A stretch of DNA of 32,000 nt from Candidatus Jordarchaeales archaeon (lineage in GTDB: Archaea; Asgardarchaeota; Jordiarchaeia; Jordiarchaeales; Freyrarchaeaceae). Below, piece after piece: positions 18,197 to 27,225 of the stretch. The stretch covers positions 438,058 through 470,057 of the forward strand of contig JAWAHN010000003.1 of NCBI GenBank assembly GCA_038889235.1, given 5' to 3'. The translations under genes and the position numbers were made by a program. Every line of letters begins with the position of its first letter. Position 1 is the first letter of the stretch. Under the pieces are notes generated by a model. The model made no database searches. It had not been told where the DNA came from and was given only the letters and a program-made list of their open reading frames with translations.

Positions 18197-20551
18197 TTGG
18201 CTAAGACGGGTCTGTTCATTTGCGACTGTGGTGGAACCCTAACCAAGAACCTAGACTTCGACGAGCTGGCCTCGTGGGCTAAGAAGAGCGGCAGATTCGC
18301 CGTCGTGGTGAGGCACAGCGACCTTTGCGGCGAGCCCGGGCTCAAGGAGCTTAGGGAGAGCGTTAAGAAGGCAGGCGTGGACCGGGTGGTTATAGCAGCC
18401 TGCTCCCCGAAGGTTAAAGGGGAAGTGTTGTCTAGGGGTGTTGAAGCTGGCGGGCTGAGCAGGTATAGCGTTGTCTTCGCCAACATAAGGGAGCAGTGTG
18501 CTTGGGCTCATCCCGGCCGGCTCAAGGAGGCAACCGAGAAGGCCAAGGCGCTCGTGAACGCTGCAGCTATCAGGGCGGAGAAACTTGAAGACGTGCCCAT
18601 TGGAAAGATTCCGATGACCCAGAGGGTGCTGGTGATAGGTGGAGGGATCAGCGGCATCACCGCAGCCCAGGAGCTGGCCGAGCTGGGATTCCAGGTCACA
18701 ATAGTTGAGAGGCAGCCTACGCTTGGAGGGCTGTGCCTCAAGCTTGGAACGGTCTTCCCGACGGACGACTGCTCGCTGTGTGTTAGGACGACCGCTTGCC
18801 CGGGTCTCGGAGGAGATTCGACCAGGAAGTGTATTTACAGGGCTGCCATAGAAGTGGACCCGCGCATACAGGTGATTACCAACGCTGAGGTCGTCAAGGT
18901 GGCGGGGGAGGTTGGCAACTTCGCTGTGACCGTGAAGAAGAAGCCGAGGTATGTTAGCGACGCGTGCATAAACTGTGGGGCCTGCGCCGAGGTTTGCCCC
19001 GTCAGCGTCCCAGACGAGTTCAACCTCAAGCTGAGCGAGAGGAAGGCGATATACCTCCCGTTCCCGCAGGCTGTTCCGCCAATATACGTGATAGACCCGG
19101 AGAACTGCAAGTTCAAGGAGTGCGCTAAGTGCGTTGAAGTATGCCCGGTTAACGCGATAAACCTCGACGAGAAAGAGGAGGAGGTCGTAATCAACGCTGG
19201 AGCGATAATTCTGGCGACCGGGTTCGAGGAGTACGACCCGAGGAAGCTTGTGGACTACGGTTACGGCAAGCTTCCGGACGTGGTTACTCAGGTCGACCTT
19301 GCCAGGTTGCTCGACATAACGGGTCCGACGGGCGGCAGGCTTGCCAGGGTTTCGGATGGACGCCCCGTTGAGAGGATAGTGATGATACAGTGCGCCGGGT
19401 CGAGGGACGAGAAGCACAACTTCTACTGCTCCAACATATGCTGCATGATAGCGCTCAAGCATGCCATAATGATAAAGAAAAGGTTCCCGGAGGTTGACGT
19501 GGTCATAGCCTACATGGACATTAGGCCCGTTGGCTCGATGTATGAGGAGTACTACAGGGAGGCTAGGGAGCTTGGCGTCACGTTCGTGAGGGGTAAGCCG
19601 GCGTGCATTGTCCCAAGCGAGGACGGAAAGCTCGTGGTTGAAGTTGAGAACACGCTGACCGGGGAGTACAACAGGATTAAAGCGGACATGGTTGCCCTAT
19701 CAATGTCCATGGTTCCGTCGAAGGGGACGCGTGAACTCGCAGCGATGCTCGGCGTCAAGCTTGGTCCAGACGGCTACATAAGCCCCCTCGACAGAAAAGT
19801 GAGGCCGGCTGAGACGAACGTCGCAGGGGTGTTCGTCGCCGGAGCAGCCATGACACCAATGGACATACCGTCAAGCATCTCCCACGCCTCAGCCGCGGCA
19901 ATCATGGCGGCGCGCCTCATGAAGAAGGGCGTCGTGGAGAAGCCACTACTAACGGCAATGGTGAACGAGGAGACCTGTGGGAAGTGCTTGGTGTGCCAGT
20001 GGGCCTGCCCCTTCAAGGCTATAAAGGTGGTTGAGGGGGAGGCTGCCAAGGTTGCAGAGGCGAAGTGCTTTGGCTGTGGTTTGTGCGCCAGCTCGTGTCC
20101 AAGCGAGTCCATCCAGCTGAGGCACCACACGGACGAGCAGATCGTGGCGACGATCAGGGGGCTTGTGACGGACGGGGTGAAGCCGAACATAGTGGCTATA
20201 GCGTGCTACGAGTGCGGCTACTCGGCAATAGACTACGCCGGCATGCTGGGGCTCGAGTACCCTGTAAACGTGAAGGTGATGGAGGTGCCATGCACGGCAG
20301 TCATTGACCCGCAGGAGATACTTAGGGCGCTGACTGACGGGGTTGACGGAGTACTAATAGTCGGCTGCTTCGAGAAAAGATGCCACTTTGATAGAGGAGT
20401 AAGGGCGATGGGTGCGAAAGTGGCGCTCCTCAAAGCGATGCTAAAACAGTTGGGGATGAACCCGCAGAGAGTCCAGATGGTTAACGTGGACTGCGCCGAG
20501 GCAGACAGATTCGTCAACGCGGCCAAACAAATGATAGCGCAGCTGCAGTGA
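18197..20551 (+). CDS. hdrA: Heterodisulfide reductase subunit A fused to C-terminal MvhD-like 2Fe-2S domain
   Basis: FICDCG, AACSP, NIREQC, VIGGGISG, FPTDDC, inserted 2x4Fe-4S, IQCAGSRD, CSNICC; C-terminal IACYECGY / VPCT / GCFEKRCHF MvhD cysteines. Confidence 0.94.
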   Translation: MAKTGLFICDCGGTLTKNLDFDELASWAKKSGRFAVVVRHSDLCGEPGLKELRESVKKAGVDRVVIAACSPKVKGEVLSRGVEAGGLSRYSVVFANIREQCAWAHPGRLKEATEKAKALVNAAAIRAEKLEDVPIGKIPMTQRVLVIGGGISGITAAQELAELGFQVTIVERQPTLGGLCLKLGTVFPTDDCSLCVRTTACPGLGGDSTRKCIYRAAIEVDPRIQVITNAEVVKVAGEVGNFAVTVKKKPRYVSDACINCGACAEVCPVSVPDEFNLKLSERKAIYLPFPQAVPPIYVIDPENCKFKECAKCVEVCPVNAINLDEKEEEVVINAGAIILATGFEEYDPRKLVDYGYGKLPDVVTQVDLARLLDITGPTGGRLARVSDGRPVERIVMIQCAGSRDEKHNFYCSNICCMIALKHAIMIKKRFPEVDVVIAYMDIRPVGSMYEEYYREARELGVTFVRGKPACIVPSEDGKLVVEVENTLTGEYNRIKADMVALSMSMVPSKGTRELAAMLGVKLGPDGYISPLDRKVRPAETNVAGVFVAGAAMTPMDIPSSISHASAAAIMAARLMKKGVVEKPLLTAMVNEETCGKCLVCQWACPFKAIKVVEGEAAKVAEAKCFGCGLCASSCPSESIQLRHHTDEQIVATIRGLVTDGVKPNIVAIACYECGYSAIDYAGMLGLEYPVNVKVMEVPCTAVIDPQEILRALTDGVDGVLIVGCFEKRCHFDRGVRAMGAKVALLKAMLKQLGMNPQRVQMVNVDCAEADRFVNAAKQMIAQLQ

Positions 20552-21272
20552 CACTCCTCTACGGAATCTCTCCCCTTTTAATTTTTCTCGAAGTGGAGAA
20601 GGCTGCTTCTTCAACGAGCCCCTTCTTTCTCAACGAACACATCTCGGTAGTCGAGTTTCACTTCCAATTTACTAGCATTATTTGTGCTGCTTAGGCTCTT
20701 TTTACCTTTAGCCGCCTTCTTCGGCGCCGTTAGAATCACGATGAACAACATGGCTCCCTCCCTTCAACAATTCCAGCTTCAAAGGGGCCTATCGACTTCC
20801 TCTCTGCTCTCGGCACGCGCCGGCCACCCCTCCAACAATCAAGAGGGTTCTCGTGGAAAAGTCTTATTCCCCGCCTCGTCTAGTCCGAGACCTAGTAAAG
20901 CGTACCGGACTCTCCGTCTCTCCAGCAACTCTAGGAATTCTTCTTTTTCGGTTTCTAACGAGAAGGGTTTAAAAAAGGGCGAAAACCATTGCGCGATTTA
21001 GGCTTCAACGCTTTCAGGTTGAAGTAGAGCGAGGCAGCGCTCTTCATCGTTTTCTCGAGCTTGGGTTGCAAGGAGGTCGAGAAAAAGTCTTAAGGGGCTT
21101 TTTCAGAGCGGATGAAGTTATTTTAACCCTTGCGACGAGTAGTAAAGGTTAGAGTGAAAAGGAGTTCACTTGGAACCTCTCCACAGTGTGATTCATCTGG
21201 GTGGCACTTTAGCCGCGCCGCGTTGAAGCCCGGAAATCGGAGGGCGCACGCCGCCGTGGGGAAGGCGGGGAT

Positions 21273-22088
21273 CTAGGAGTTGGCGCCGCTCTTCTCTTTT
21301 TTCGGAAGCTCAACGTCCACTACTCCCATTCCCCCCGTCCTCTTCACCCCAATGTTCGAGTACGTGGCATACTCTGAGAGCACCGCGACCCATGGAGCGT
21401 ACCCGTCGGTTTTCTTTAGGTAGAAGTCTGCGTGGCCTACGAAGCCGGCCACCCTCCTCTCCTTTCCCATGGAGACGGTCACGGTTCTCAGCGAGTAGTT
21501 GCGCACGTACACGTTGTCTGAAACCCACTTGTAAAGCTCGTCCACGTCGACCTTAACGTAGTCTGGTGCGAAGGCGTTCCACAGCCTCGCAACGCTCGGG
21601 TAAATGTACCTCGGGTCCGGGAAGAGGAAGGGGAACTCGACGCCGTGCACCGAGAGCTGCGTCGGGGTCCTAAAGAACACTCTGAACCTGTCGCTGACCG
21701 ACACCCCCTCGATGAGCTCCTCGTAGCTCTTCCTCTTCACGCCCACCTCGACGAGTGAGAAGTCCACCTCCCCGAGCTTAACCTTGAAGTCGAAGAGGCG
21801 CTCCAGCAGCTTCTCTCCAACCTCGTCGACGAGGAAGCCCAGCCGAAAACGGAACTCGTCCCCAACCCTGACGTGGAAAAGGTCGCCGTGAACCCTCCCC
21901 TTGCCAACCGGGAAGGCCGGGGAGACACTGTAGGGTCTAAGCTGGTTTGGAGCGTGGAGAGCGTTAGCGAGGCCCGGGTCCACTTTGGCGAAGAAGCCCA
22001 GAAGCCCACCCCTAACCAGGTGCCCCGAAAACCGCCTTATGCCGCCCGAGCTAAGGGCTGAGACTTTAACCACAAGTCCCAGGGGCAT
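21273..22088 (-). CDS. cas6: CRISPR pre-crRNA endoribonuclease Cas6
   Basis: Gly-rich C-terminal loop YSNIGVKRTGGMG, RPYSVSP, FRTPT, LFPDP, GFVG motifs; next to a CRISPR array. Confidence 0.92.
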   Translation of the reverse strand: MPLGLVVKVSALSSGGIRRFSGHLVRGGLLGFFAKVDPGLANALHAPNQLRPYSVSPAFPVGKGRVHGDLFHVRVGDEFRFRLGFLVDEVGEKLLERLFDFKVKLGEVDFSLVEVGVKRKSYEELIEGVSVSDRFRVFFRTPTQLSVHGVEFPFLFPDPRYIYPSVARLWNAFAPDYVKVDVDELYKWVSDNVYVRNYSLRTVTVSMGKERRVAGFVGHADFYLKKTDGYAPWVAVLSEYATYSNIGVKRTGGMGVVDVELPKKEKSGANS

Positions 22089-22134
22089 GCACGTCCCTCC
22101 ATTCAGACCGCCGGAGAAACGCCAGCTTCCACAC

Positions 22135-23670
22135 TCATCCAGTTGACGTTAACCCTAGTTTTTCACCTGCAGCTGGCACTCCAATGGATGGGTGAGCATA
22201 GGGGGTTTGCACGTACTTCGTCCTCCTCGGCCTTATGTCGACCAGTATCGGCGTCCTCGTCGCCATACCTGTGACCATTGCGGTCCCGGTTGGCAGCAGG
22301 GGTATCCTTTCGGCTTCGTCGGCGCTCGCGTAGTCAAGGATGGGCTTAAGGTACTCTATGTCGTAGGCCCCCTCTATTCGCAGTATGATCTTCGTGCCGC
22401 ACTGCGTTAAAACATCCTTGTCGAGCCCCGCAACCCTCTGGCTCGTCAGGCACAATGTAACACCAAACTTTCTCCCCTCCCTGGCTATCTTCCTCAGCAC
22501 AGAAGCACAGTAGCTTTTAACCCCCTGCGGCGCGAACCTATGGCTCTCCTCCACCACCACGACCACCGGTGGAATCTCACCCCTCCTCCTCGCATTAAAA
22601 ATTTTCTCTAAAACCACCCCGACCACAGTCCTTCTAATCTCCTCGTCCACCCCTCCGCTCACATCCAGGACCGTGAGGTGGCCCGGCTTGACTAGGTCAC
22701 CGACCTTCACGCTCTCCCCGAAGAAGACGAACTCGTTCAGAGCCTGCAGCTTCCTTAAGATAGCCGCCAGCGTGTTCCTCTGGAAACCCCACTCCCTCGC
22801 AGTAGTCTTTACAGCGGCCAGCAAGTCGTCCAGCCTATACCCCTTGCCCCCTATCTTCCTGAGAGCTAGGTGGAGGAGGTCTGCCTGCGCGTCGCTTAGG
22901 TCGCACACCTCGGCTAGAGCATACGGGTTCAGGTCATCTATGCTTATCGACAGCTTCCTGTCTCCCTCTTCCCCCAGCGAGTAGACAGTTGTCGGGAAGC
23001 CTCTCGGCGCCAGGCCAAGCGCCCTCACCCTTTCAATTTCCTCCGGGTTGTTGTTCGCCTGCGAGAAGAACCTGTACTCTCCGTGTGGGTCGACAGCCAC
23101 CACGGGGAACCCTTTCTCGAGGAGTTCCTCAACGAGCACACCGACCGCGTAAGACTTCCCGCTCCCCGTGGCCCCTAGGACCGCAACGTGGTATGGTAAG
23201 AGGAGCTCCGGGCTCAGCGCGACCCTGACATCGTTATTCCCCCTCATGGTGCCAATGAATAGCCCGTCCGGCCTGAACTTTAGGAAGGCCTCGAGGAGCT
23301 CGGCCTTAGCCCTGTAAACCGTGTCCCCCGGCTCGGGTGGCACCTCAGGAGGCAGCAGCCTGTCCCCCCGCAGGACACCCACAACCCTAACCTTCGCCAC
23401 CCTCCACCTTCCAACTCGCGTTGGGAAGCGCGCCTTAACCGGGATACCTTCCTCCAGGTGGAATTGGAGGAACTCCGGGCTGGAGAAGTACTCGTTGTAC
23501 GTCTGGATCGAGTACACGCGGCCAATCATCACGCTCAGTCCAAGGGGGACCTCGACGTACTCTCCAACCTTCACCTCGACGTCCCCGGCAACCTGAAAGG
23601 AGAAGGCCAAGTGGTTTGGGGTCTGCCCGTCGCATATTATCGTTCCAAGCTCGACCGCACGCTCAGCCAC
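22135..23670 (-). CDS. herA: HerA-like ATPase with N-terminal HAS barrel
   Basis: HVAVLGATGSGKSY (Walker A), DPHGEY, VVEESHRF (Walker B), REGRKFG, SQRV; GTG start at 23670 after GGAGG overlapping the upstream stop. Confidence 0.93.
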   Translation of the reverse strand: MAERAVELGTIICDGQTPNHLAFSFQVAGDVEVKVGEYVEVPLGLSVMIGRVYSIQTYNEYFSSPEFLQFHLEEGIPVKARFPTRVGRWRVAKVRVVGVLRGDRLLPPEVPPEPGDTVYRAKAELLEAFLKFRPDGLFIGTMRGNNDVRVALSPELLLPYHVAVLGATGSGKSYAVGVLVEELLEKGFPVVAVDPHGEYRFFSQANNNPEEIERVRALGLAPRGFPTTVYSLGEEGDRKLSISIDDLNPYALAEVCDLSDAQADLLHLALRKIGGKGYRLDDLLAAVKTTAREWGFQRNTLAAILRKLQALNEFVFFGESVKVGDLVKPGHLTVLDVSGGVDEEIRRTVVGVVLEKIFNARRRGEIPPVVVVVEESHRFAPQGVKSYCASVLRKIAREGRKFGVTLCLTSQRVAGLDKDVLTQCGTKIILRIEGAYDIEYLKPILDYASADEAERIPLLPTGTAMVTGMATRTPILVDIRPRRTKYVQTPYAHPSIGVPAAGEKLGLTSTG

Positions 23671-23674
23671 TCGT

Positions 23675-25114
23675 TCATCCTCCAAACGACTTCTTCGCTC
23701 TCTCAGAGTCTCTAGCCCCCTGAATCTTTTCCAGCATGCCCAGCAAGCCCGCCTTGAGGCCGACCTCAACAGACTTCTCGAGCGACAGCAGGTTGTTCAT
23801 AGCCTCCTGCCTAGCCACGGAAACCACGCTCGGCCCCGCCTCGATTCTCTCCCTCAACGGGGCGGAGGTCAAAGTGTAAGCCAAGTCGGCAACCCTCTTG
23901 TGGTCGCTCAGCGGGTCCCTCGACACAAACTCGTACTTCGTCACTATGCCCCCCCGGGACAGGTAGAACTCGTAGACGTCCTTGACAGGAGGCTTACCCT
24001 TCTCCTCCCCCCTCTCTATCAGACACGTGGAGTCACCGTCCTTCAAGACCAAGGAGAGGAAGGCGAGGTCGTTCGCCTTACCCGGAATCCCACCGAGGAC
24101 CTTGCTGCAAACCCTGAAGAACACGTTGTCAGCCGAAGTCGGGCTAACCCCGACCAGCGTGACCCCCTTCTCGCGCGCCACCCTAACCAGCTCATAGAAC
24201 AACTTGTTGCAAGTATCCCTCAGCCTAGCAAGAGTCTTAGACGCCACAAGGAAGCCGTGGGGGACCAGCGAGCCAAGCCTAAAGTAGACGTCGAATTTGT
24301 CGCCGAGCTCCTCCAACAACTGTATCCCAAGCCTGTAGTGCTGAATCTCCCTCAAATACCTCGCCGCAATACTCCTCCCCGCCTGCAAAAGCTCCGGAAA
24401 GTCCGTGGAGAACTCGAAGAACGGGTCCCCCTCCCCGAAGGGCTCAAAACCCTTAAAAGCGTGCAAGTCGGGAATCCGCCTCCTAACCGACTTATCCGGG
24501 TTAAGAACACCTCGCTCAAAAAAGCCAACAAAACCCCCAACACTCATACAGACAACAGTCAAAACAGTAAAGTCGAACAACGCCAAGTTACGAATACTGT
24601 GAGCCGGAGCCGAGCCGGCAACACATACACCGTCAAGAAAAACCTCCCTCGCAAAACCCGGAAGAACAAGGCGCTCACCAAGAAGCCTAACAGGCAAAAC
24701 ACGCCCCCCAACAGCCACCCCAACCAGCCTCTCCCTAACCTCCTCCCCCGAAACCATCGGAAACTCAAGCTTCTTCAAAACACGCAAAACCTTCCCCGAA
24801 ACAGGCCCACCAACCAAGCCAGCCTGCAACCCCCCAAAATCCTCAACAACAGAAGTATAGGAAGGCTCAAAAAACAAATCCTCCCCCACCCTCCTAGCAA
24901 AATCCTCATTAACAACATACCTCCCAGCACCCCTATAAGACAAAACCCCCAAACTCACAAGGTCATCAAGATAATCCTTCACAGCCCTCTCAGTCAAATC
25001 AACCCTCTCAGCAAGCCTACCAACACGAACCTCACCATCAACAGACTGAAGCTCCAAACAAGCATAAAAAACCACAGCAAGCCTAGCCCTATAAGTCGAC
25101 CCAGTCCGCCCCAA
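23675..25114 (-). CDS. Winged-helix domain fused to NurA-like (RNase H fold) domain with degenerate active site
   Basis: N-term GRLAERVDLTERAVKDYLDDLVSLGVL wHTH; VCVAGS / REIQHY / YFRLGSL / LVGVSPTS resemble NurA motifs with Asp replaced; translationally coupled to herA; TTG start at 25114 after GGTGGTG. Confidence 0.65.
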   Translation of the reverse strand: MGRTGSTYRARLAVVFYACLELQSVDGEVRVGRLAERVDLTERAVKDYLDDLVSLGVLSYRGAGRYVVNEDFARRVGEDLFFEPSYTSVVEDFGGLQAGLVGGPVSGKVLRVLKKLEFPMVSGEEVRERLVGVAVGGRVLPVRLLGERLVLPGFAREVFLDGVCVAGSAPAHSIRNLALFDFTVLTVVCMSVGGFVGFFERGVLNPDKSVRRRIPDLHAFKGFEPFGEGDPFFEFSTDFPELLQAGRSIAARYLREIQHYRLGIQLLEELGDKFDVYFRLGSLVPHGFLVASKTLARLRDTCNKLFYELVRVAREKGVTLVGVSPTSADNVFFRVCSKVLGGIPGKANDLAFLSLVLKDGDSTCLIERGEEKGKPPVKDVYEFYLSRGGIVTKYEFVSRDPLSDHKRVADLAYTLTSAPLRERIEAGPSVVSVARQEAMNNLLSLEKSVEVGLKAGLLGMLEKIQGARDSERAKKSFGG

Positions 25115-25236
25115 AACAACACCACCAGAAATAAACTTCCAAAAAAACAATACAATACAAAAAATAAAAACATAACCCAACACCCAACCCCAACACCAGC
25201 AAACCCACCCCATCCTCCAAACTCAAACATCCTTTT

Positions 25237-25272
25237 CTTTCAATCCCCACTTGTTGGGACTGTTTTTGTTTC
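25237..25272 (-). CRISPR. Degenerate terminal (trailer) CRISPR repeat, isolated from the rest of the array by a 3,025-bp insert
   Basis: ctttcaatccccacttgttgggactgtttttgtttc: 34/36 identical to the array consensus. Confidence 0.93.
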
Positions 25273-26267
25273 GTATAATTCCGCAAGTGTGTGAGGCCTT
25301 CCTCACAGAGAGACAGAAGTATGATGACCAACTTTTAAAACTAGAGGCTGGAACCGAAGAATACGAGAACATCAAGGCGAAGAGAGACGTGATGAAGTTC
25401 CTCACGAACGCCGTCTACGGATACCTGGCGTACCGGGGTAGCAGAATGTTTGACGTTGATGTTGCGTCAACGGTGACAGCTCTGGCTAGAGAGGGAATAA
25501 TGAAGGTGTTAGAATTCTTCGAACAGCTGGGGTATCGCCCGCTATACTGTGACACAGACAGTGTCTTCGTCCAAATGCCGTTTGACAAGGCCACAGCGGT
25601 CGTCTCCCAGGTCAACAAAATGCTGGAGAAATACCTGACAGAGAAGTATGGAATCAAGAAGTGTAACATCAAGTTGAAGTTTGAGAAGTATTCATCCAAA
25701 GTTCTGTTTCTTGGAGTTAAGAAAAGGTATGCCATGAAGGTCGTGTGGGAAGGTTCTGAATGCAACTACGTCAAAGTCGTCGGATTCGAAGCTAAGAGAA
25801 CAGACCAGTCGGAGTTCACGAGGAAGTTGCAGAACGACGTCCTCAACATGTTGCTCAATGGTCAAAGCCTACACGAAATAGTCAGCTACGTCAGGGAGTC
25901 TGTGAAGGGATACAGGGAACGAAGCCTAGATGAAATCTCTATCCCTAAAGGGATCGATAAACCTCTACATGAATACAAGTCGAAGCCACCTCACGTCAAA
26001 GGAGCCCTGCTAGCGAACGCATATCTAGGAGCCAGGTTCGGTGTCGGCAGCAAGGTGAAAATGTTGTACGTCAAGCATGTTCCAGGCTTGCCTAGGACGG
26101 ATGTGATATGTTTTGAAACACCCAAACAGCTGCCCGAAGGCGTGGAGGTGGACTGGGATAGGATGATTGAGGTCTCTGTCAAGCAGAAGTTGGAAGACAT
26201 ACTGGAAGCGGTTGGTATAGGTTGGTCAAACATTCTCGGGTCTGAGAACCTTGACAGGTGGTTGTGA
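25273..26267 (+). pseudogene. polB: 5'-truncated family B DNA polymerase (fingers, part of palm, thumb)
   Basis: Starts at IIP (normally GIIP) at the repeat edge; motif B KFLTNAVYGY, motif C YCDTDSVF, KKRYA, GFEAKRTD; motif A and exonuclease domain missing. Confidence 0.9.
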
Positions 26268-26914
26268 TGTTAGTTGCAGATGCAAACGAACCCGTAGAGA
26301 TAGTTTCTAGGCTCCGGGAACTGGGTTTGGAAGTCGAAGTGAAGCGGTTGGATGTAGGAGACTACCTCGCCACTACGTCTGAATTCACAGTTGCCTTCGA
26401 GAGGAAGACTGCTGAAGACTACATCTCAAGTCTGGAGACTGGAAGACTGAACAACCAGGCCTACCAACTGTCCGTCAACTTCCCCATCTCCTTCCTGTGC
26501 ATCATAGGTTCAGTTTCCTACGCTCTCTCCTTCAGGAAGATCAACAGGAAAGCGTATATCTCCTCGATCTCAAGCATCGCTCTGAAAAGGGCAGGGGACG
26601 GCTGTAGAGGTCAAGTCATCTCACTGCAATTTGAAACAGAATATGACTTCACGCTGTTCGTGAAGTGCGTCCACGACCAGCTGTGCAAAGGGGAGTTTGA
26701 AAGGGTTCCCAGACTGAAGGCCCCAGGTGTGGGTAAGAGTGAAAAATTCATAATGCTGACAGCAATCCCCGGAATCGGTGAGAGGAAGGCGAGGAAGATC
26801 TATGAGCACTTCGGAAGCATAGAAGCCGTGGTTAAAGCCTCCGTCCAGGAGCTGATGGAGGTTGAAGGAATAGGGGTTGAGACAGCGAGGAAGATCTATG
26901 AATTCTTCAGGTAG
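26267..26914 (+). CDS. ERCC4/XPF-family nuclease with C-terminal (HhH)2
   Basis: ADANE, VGDY, AFERKT..DY..S...GRL..Q, LTAIPGIGERKA, VEGIGVETA; ATG overlaps polB stop (TGATG). Confidence 0.9.
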   Translation: MLVADANEPVEIVSRLRELGLEVEVKRLDVGDYLATTSEFTVAFERKTAEDYISSLETGRLNNQAYQLSVNFPISFLCIIGSVSYALSFRKINRKAYISSISSIALKRAGDGCRGQVISLQFETEYDFTLFVKCVHDQLCKGEFERVPRLKAPGVGKSEKFIMLTAIPGIGERKARKIYEHFGSIEAVVKASVQELMEVEGIGVETARKIYEFFR

Positions 26915-26916
26915 GG

Positions 26917-27225
26917 GTGGTCAGGTTGACGGAGGAAATGCTGGTGGAGGCGTGTAAGAGGTTTCCGTACGATGACCACAGGAGGTATCTGTTGTTCCTG
27001 TGTGGTGCGCTGGGAATACAGGAGGATGTGGCACAGATGATCTCGTGGAGGATTTCAAGGGGAGATAAAGGGACTGTGAAGTTCATCGTCAGATTGCTGG
27101 TGCATTCAGGGAATGGTAGGACACTGTCACGATTCCTGCGGATCCTGGAGCCAAACCTAGCTGGGGAGTTTATGACTGAGGAGGTTATCAAGTTAATTAT
27201 AGAAGCGGAGGTGAGTAAAAAGTGA
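26917..27225 (+). CDS. Hypothetical protein (102 aa)
   Basis: Fills the gap between the ERCC4 and AAA genes, with a GTGA overlap to the next gene. Confidence 0.6.
   Translation: MVRLTEEMLVEACKRFPYDDHRRYLLFLCGALGIQEDVAQMISWRISRGDKGTVKFIVRLLVHSGNGRTLSRFLRILEPNLAGEFMTEEVIKLIIEAEVSKK

Noticed and set aside
20611-20751. 46-aa minus-strand ORF with a Shine-Dalgarno, and an upstream startless fragment (KEEFLELLERRRVRYALLG, about 20790-20960)
   Set aside because: No recognisable domain and no start for the fragment; it may be a decayed gene, but cannot be supported without a search.
25121-25236. AT-rich stretch as the CRISPR leader
   Set aside because: It adjoins the degenerate repeat and the ATTGAAAG handle points toward it, so it is the trailer side; more likely the promoter of the NurA-like operon.
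23900-25294. 464-aa plus-strand ORF
   Set aside because: Antisense shadow of the NurA-like gene; it stays open because the strand is T-poor, and it has low-complexity P/N/K/T composition.
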